Virus record (IMG/VR): IMGVR_UViG_3300020045_003647
Coordinates: 1-28,025 of that record
Origin: a virus
Lineage: Duplodnaviria; Caudoviricetes
Length of the DNA stretch: 28,025 nt
Reading direction: 5' to 3' (one strand)
Shown here: positions 25,817 to 28,025 of the stretch, one piece after another
How the letters are laid out: every line of letters starts with the position of its first letter
How positions within the stretch are numbered: position 1 is the stretch's first letter
The notes under the pieces: generated by a model
What the model was told of the DNA's origin: nothing
Databases searched by the model: none
The model's input: only the letters and a program-made list of their open reading frames with translations
Translations under genes and position numbers: made by a program

Positions 25817-25900
25817 AATTTGCCATCCAACAATACGCCGACTTGTTTTGCAATGGCTGTTATAATACCGCTATCAGGGTGTTGAAGGGGTGCGGGTTTG

Positions 25901-26044
25901 ATGTCTGATTTAAAAAGAACAAACAAAGGCAATGAAATTAATTTCAAGCCAAGCGGCGGCGGAGTTGAGGTTATTGGCGCTATTGTCGGCATAGAGACAA
26001 ACAAAATAAAGCTAACAAAGCAAGCTGGCGGTAAAAATGTATAG
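25901..26044 (+). CDS. 47 aa hypothetical protein
   Basis: Translated by hand; follows the extended -10 at 25858-25866; weak RBS. Confidence 0.35.
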   Translation: MSDLKRTNKGNEINFKPSGGGVEVIGAIVGIETNKIKLTKQAGGKNV

Positions 26045-26125
26045 CCAATGGTGCGAACGTAAGCAGCAACAAGCGATAGATGGCACGGAAGCCTATAACT
26101 ATTTTCGTTTGATGCAATTTTGGTT

Positions 26126-26151
26126 AGAGCGCGGTTTATAGCGCTCTTTTT
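26126..26151 (+). terminator. intrinsic terminator upstream of the lysis genes
   Basis: AGAGCGC-GGTTTATA-GCGCTCT followed by a T run. Confidence 0.65.
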
Positions 26152-26165
26152 ATTGGAGAATAAGC

Positions 26166-26339
26166 ATGGATAAAACAACATTTTTTAAATCTCTAATTGG
26201 TGAAGAAGTGATATTCACGATGCCACGTTTTCGTATTACAAAAGAAGCACCAAAGCAAGGTGTTATCACTGGCGCTGATTCGGCTTTTGTTTATATCGAC
26301 ACCGAGCCTTATTGCATTGATTTAGTGGAGATTGAGTGA
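26166..26339 (+). CDS. 57 aa hypothetical protein coupled to the endolysin
   Basis: GGAG RBS; TGATG overlap with the endolysin start. Confidence 0.6.
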   Translation: MDKTTFFKSLIGEEVIFTMPRFRITKEAPKQGVITGADSAFVYIDTEPYCIDLVEIE

Positions 26340-26899
26340 TGGCAGTTAAAAACAAAATAATCGCCGGAAGCCTAACTGCAGCGCTGGCAACTGCATTCAT
26401 TCAATATCACGAAGGCACGAAAAACTATGTTTATGTTGACCCTGTTGGCGTAAAAACTTGGTGCACAGGGGAAACTAAAATAACACTTGGAAAGCCAATT
26501 GTTGTTGGTAAAACATATTTTAGCGATGAAGAGTGCGCGCAAATACTTGAGCAATCATTACAGCAATACAATAAGCCGCTTGAAGCTCTGCCTTATGAGC
26601 TTGAGAGAGGGCCACATATTGCATTCTTGGATTTCACGCTAAACACCGGAGAAACCACATTCAACAAATCAAGCATGATGCGTGATTTAAAGGCTGGAGA
26701 TGTTCAGTCGGCTTGTGGAAATCTTCTTAAATACAAATACTCAAAGAAAATCGATTGCTCGAAATCAAGCAAATGCAAAGGCGTGTGGCAGCGTAGATTT
26801 GATGAGTGGCAAGTTTGCGCTAAGAAAATAACTGTTGAAGAATTTCTTCTTCGTGTTGGAAAATTACCAAAGGAGTATGCAGATGCTTTCGAAGATTAA
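26339..26899 (+). CDS. endolysin, T4-like/GH24 lysozyme with a probable SAR domain
   Basis: Catalytic E-X8-D-X5-T (HEGTKNYVYVDPVGVKT), FTLNTG, G...RR..E. N-terminal Ala/Gly-rich weak TM segment KNKIIAGSLTAALATAFI. Confidence 0.9.
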   Translation: MAVKNKIIAGSLTAALATAFIQYHEGTKNYVYVDPVGVKTWCTGETKITLGKPIVVGKTYFSDEECAQILEQSLQQYNKPLEALPYELERGPHIAFLDFTLNTGETTFNKSSMMRDLKAGDVQSACGNLLKYKYSKKIDCSKSSKCKGVWQRRFDEWQVCAKKITVEEFLLRVGKLPKEYADAFED

Positions 26900-27095
26900 A
26901 AACTGGTTCAACGCGCACTTACTTGACGACTGGCAGCAATGCTACAAATGGTTTTCAGTCCATGCCGCAACCATTGGCGTAGTAGTGGCGGCGGTGAATG
27001 AATACTACGGTAGCGACATGCCTCAGTGGGCTTACTCGTTATTGTTCGCTGTTGTGTTGATGTCGCGCGTTGTAAAACAGGGTGAGTCATCATGA
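26883..27095 (+). CDS. putative holin (two TM segments)
   Basis: L.DDW...YKWFSV, two hydrophobic segments and RVVKQ; lies between endolysin and spanins; AAGGAG RBS. Confidence 0.75.
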   Translation: MLSKIKNWFNAHLLDDWQQCYKWFSVHAATIGVVVAAVNEYYGSDMPQWAYSLLFAVVLMSRVVKQGESS

Positions 27096-27526
27096 GATAC
27101 GTTTACTTTGCCACTGGTCTAGCTCTGCTTGTTTTACTTCTCGCTGCAAAATCGCTTTACTCCGACAACCAACAACTCAAAGAAGACAAAACAAAACTAG
27201 AGGAATCTCTCGCTGATGCGCAATCAAAAAACGCATCACTAAACGAAACAATCTCAAAGCAAGCTGAAACACAGCAAAGTATTGACGATACGCAGCAAGC
27301 AATCATAGAAATGCACGAACAAATATCAACTGAATTGCAGCGAACAAAAAATCAAATCAAGAACCAGATAAAAGGACTTCCATGCTATGAACAAACTATT
27401 ACTGCTGATGCTATTGATGCTATCTGCATCATGCAGCCATCAAACAAAGCCTGTAACACTAACAATGACAAAGATAAAAGTGGTAACAGTGCCGGAGTCG
27501 ATGCTGCCAAGGCCAAAGCAGATTGA
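27092..27526 (+). CDS. inner-membrane spanin (Rz-like)
   Basis: N-terminal TM segment, long coiled coil and periplasmic Cys residues. Confidence 0.8.
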   Translation: MRYVYFATGLALLVLLLAAKSLYSDNQQLKEDKTKLEESLADAQSKNASLNETISKQAETQQSIDDTQQAIIEMHEQISTELQRTKNQIKNQIKGLPCYEQTITADAIDAICIMQPSNKACNTNNDKDKSGNSAGVDAAKAKAD

Positions 27527-27674
27527 ATCAAGTGATTTGAAATTTGGATCGTGTATTGATGAATTGGTGCCAGCTTTGCGATCGGAGATAAACAAAGCAA
27601 ATTTTGACTCAGATAAAATAATTGAATGGCAGGAAAAAGAAATTAAGCGATATGAAGAACAAAAAGCCCCGTAA
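27387..27674 (+). CDS. outer-membrane lipoprotein spanin (Rz1-like), overlapping the i-spanin in another frame
   Basis: Signal peptide MNKLLLLMLLMLSAS-C with a lipobox, followed by a Pro-containing segment. Confidence 0.85.
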   Translation: MNKLLLLMLLMLSASCSHQTKPVTLTMTKIKVVTVPESMLPRPKQIESSDLKFGSCIDELVPALRSEINKANFDSDKIIEWQEKEIKRYEEQKAP

Positions 27675-27684
27675 TGGGGCTTTT
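27661..27684. terminator. bidirectional terminator
   Basis: AAAAAGCCCC-GTAAT-GGGGCTTTT. Confidence 0.8.
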
Positions 27685-27685
27685 A

Positions 27686-28025
27686 TTATAACTGGATTAC
27701 ATCAACTTTCATAAAAGTCATTGTGATCGTGACTGATGACAACGATATATTAGTCGCGGTTGTGTTTGTAAGCGTTAGACAAAAATAATCTGTAGACCCA
27801 GTTGTTGCTGGTGTTATTGTGGCTATCAAGCCAGGATAATACCCCATGATTGTTGAAAAAGCAGTGGTGTTAGGTCGTAGTATTGAATAGTGATATTGGT
27901 TTGCTATCACAGTTGTCGTCGCGCCTGCAGCTATTGTTGAGGTAATTGCTTTCGCATACGACACTGTATAAGTTATAGCGGTTGGGCGTATTGAGCTTAC
28001 CGTATCGTTGCCTATTGTTAGCTTT
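27686..28025 (-). CDS. C-terminal end of a larger gene entering from the right edge, probably tail fibre/spike
   Basis: The frame stays open to the window edge (KLTIGNDTVSSIRPTAITYTVSYAK...). Thr/Ile-rich beta composition, convergent on the lysis cassette. Confidence 0.55.
   Translation of the reverse strand, partial: KLTIGNDTVSSIRPTAITYTVSYAKAITSTIAAGATTTVIANQYHYSILRPNTTAFSTIMGYYPGLIATITPATTGSTDYFCLTLTNTTATNISLSSVTITMTFMKVDVIQL

Noticed and set aside
25621-26181. 186 aa minus-strand ORF
   Set aside because: Opposite to coupled plus-strand genes, a promoter and a terminator; composition is not protein-like.
26877-26885. Lambda S-like dual-start holin/antiholin (Met-Gln-Met)
   Set aside because: The first ATG is only 1 nt from the AGGAG, and the extension adds no positive charge.
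1-28025. Genome-wide TAG reassignment
   Set aside because: The long genes have no internal TAG, and several genes (terL, portal, primase, 8404..8598, 11000..11239) end in TAG at their expected ends or at terminators.

Overview
This window is a ~28 kb fragment of a tailed dsDNA phage, probably infecting a Gram-negative host (it has two-component spanins, sigma70-type promoters and an SSB ending in DIPF). The minus strand carries the packaging/head genes terS, terL, portal and a SPP1 gp7-like head morphogenesis gene. Short early operons, mostly on the opposite strand, separate these genes. The replication block has a Prim-Pol/PriCT-2/helicase-like primase, a Cro-like HTH protein, a Sak4-like AAA ATPase, an SSB, a degenerate Cas4-like protein, an SF2 helicase and a VRR-NUC nuclease. 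The lysis cassette has a SAR-type endolysin, a holin and i-/o-spanins, and the 3' end of a probable tail gene runs off the right edge. Main observations: (1) a GIY-YIG/T5orf172-like protein carries a copy of the primase C-terminal domain, and both genes are followed at the same distance by the same 19-bp sequence, an AT-rich tract and a hairpin (a possible duplicated origin/initiator module); (2) a self-contained ParB(IbrB)-unknown-PAPS reductase(IbrA) operon; (3) an asymmetric 12-14 bp site at six early promoter regions plus one intragenic copy; (4) a C4-like structured RNA inside a cluster of hairpins; (5) a possible double-length CsrA-like protein; (6) a duplicated promoter/operator/RBS cassette flanking a small putative RHH regulator. 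All protein calls come from motif recognition by eye; no database searches were run.
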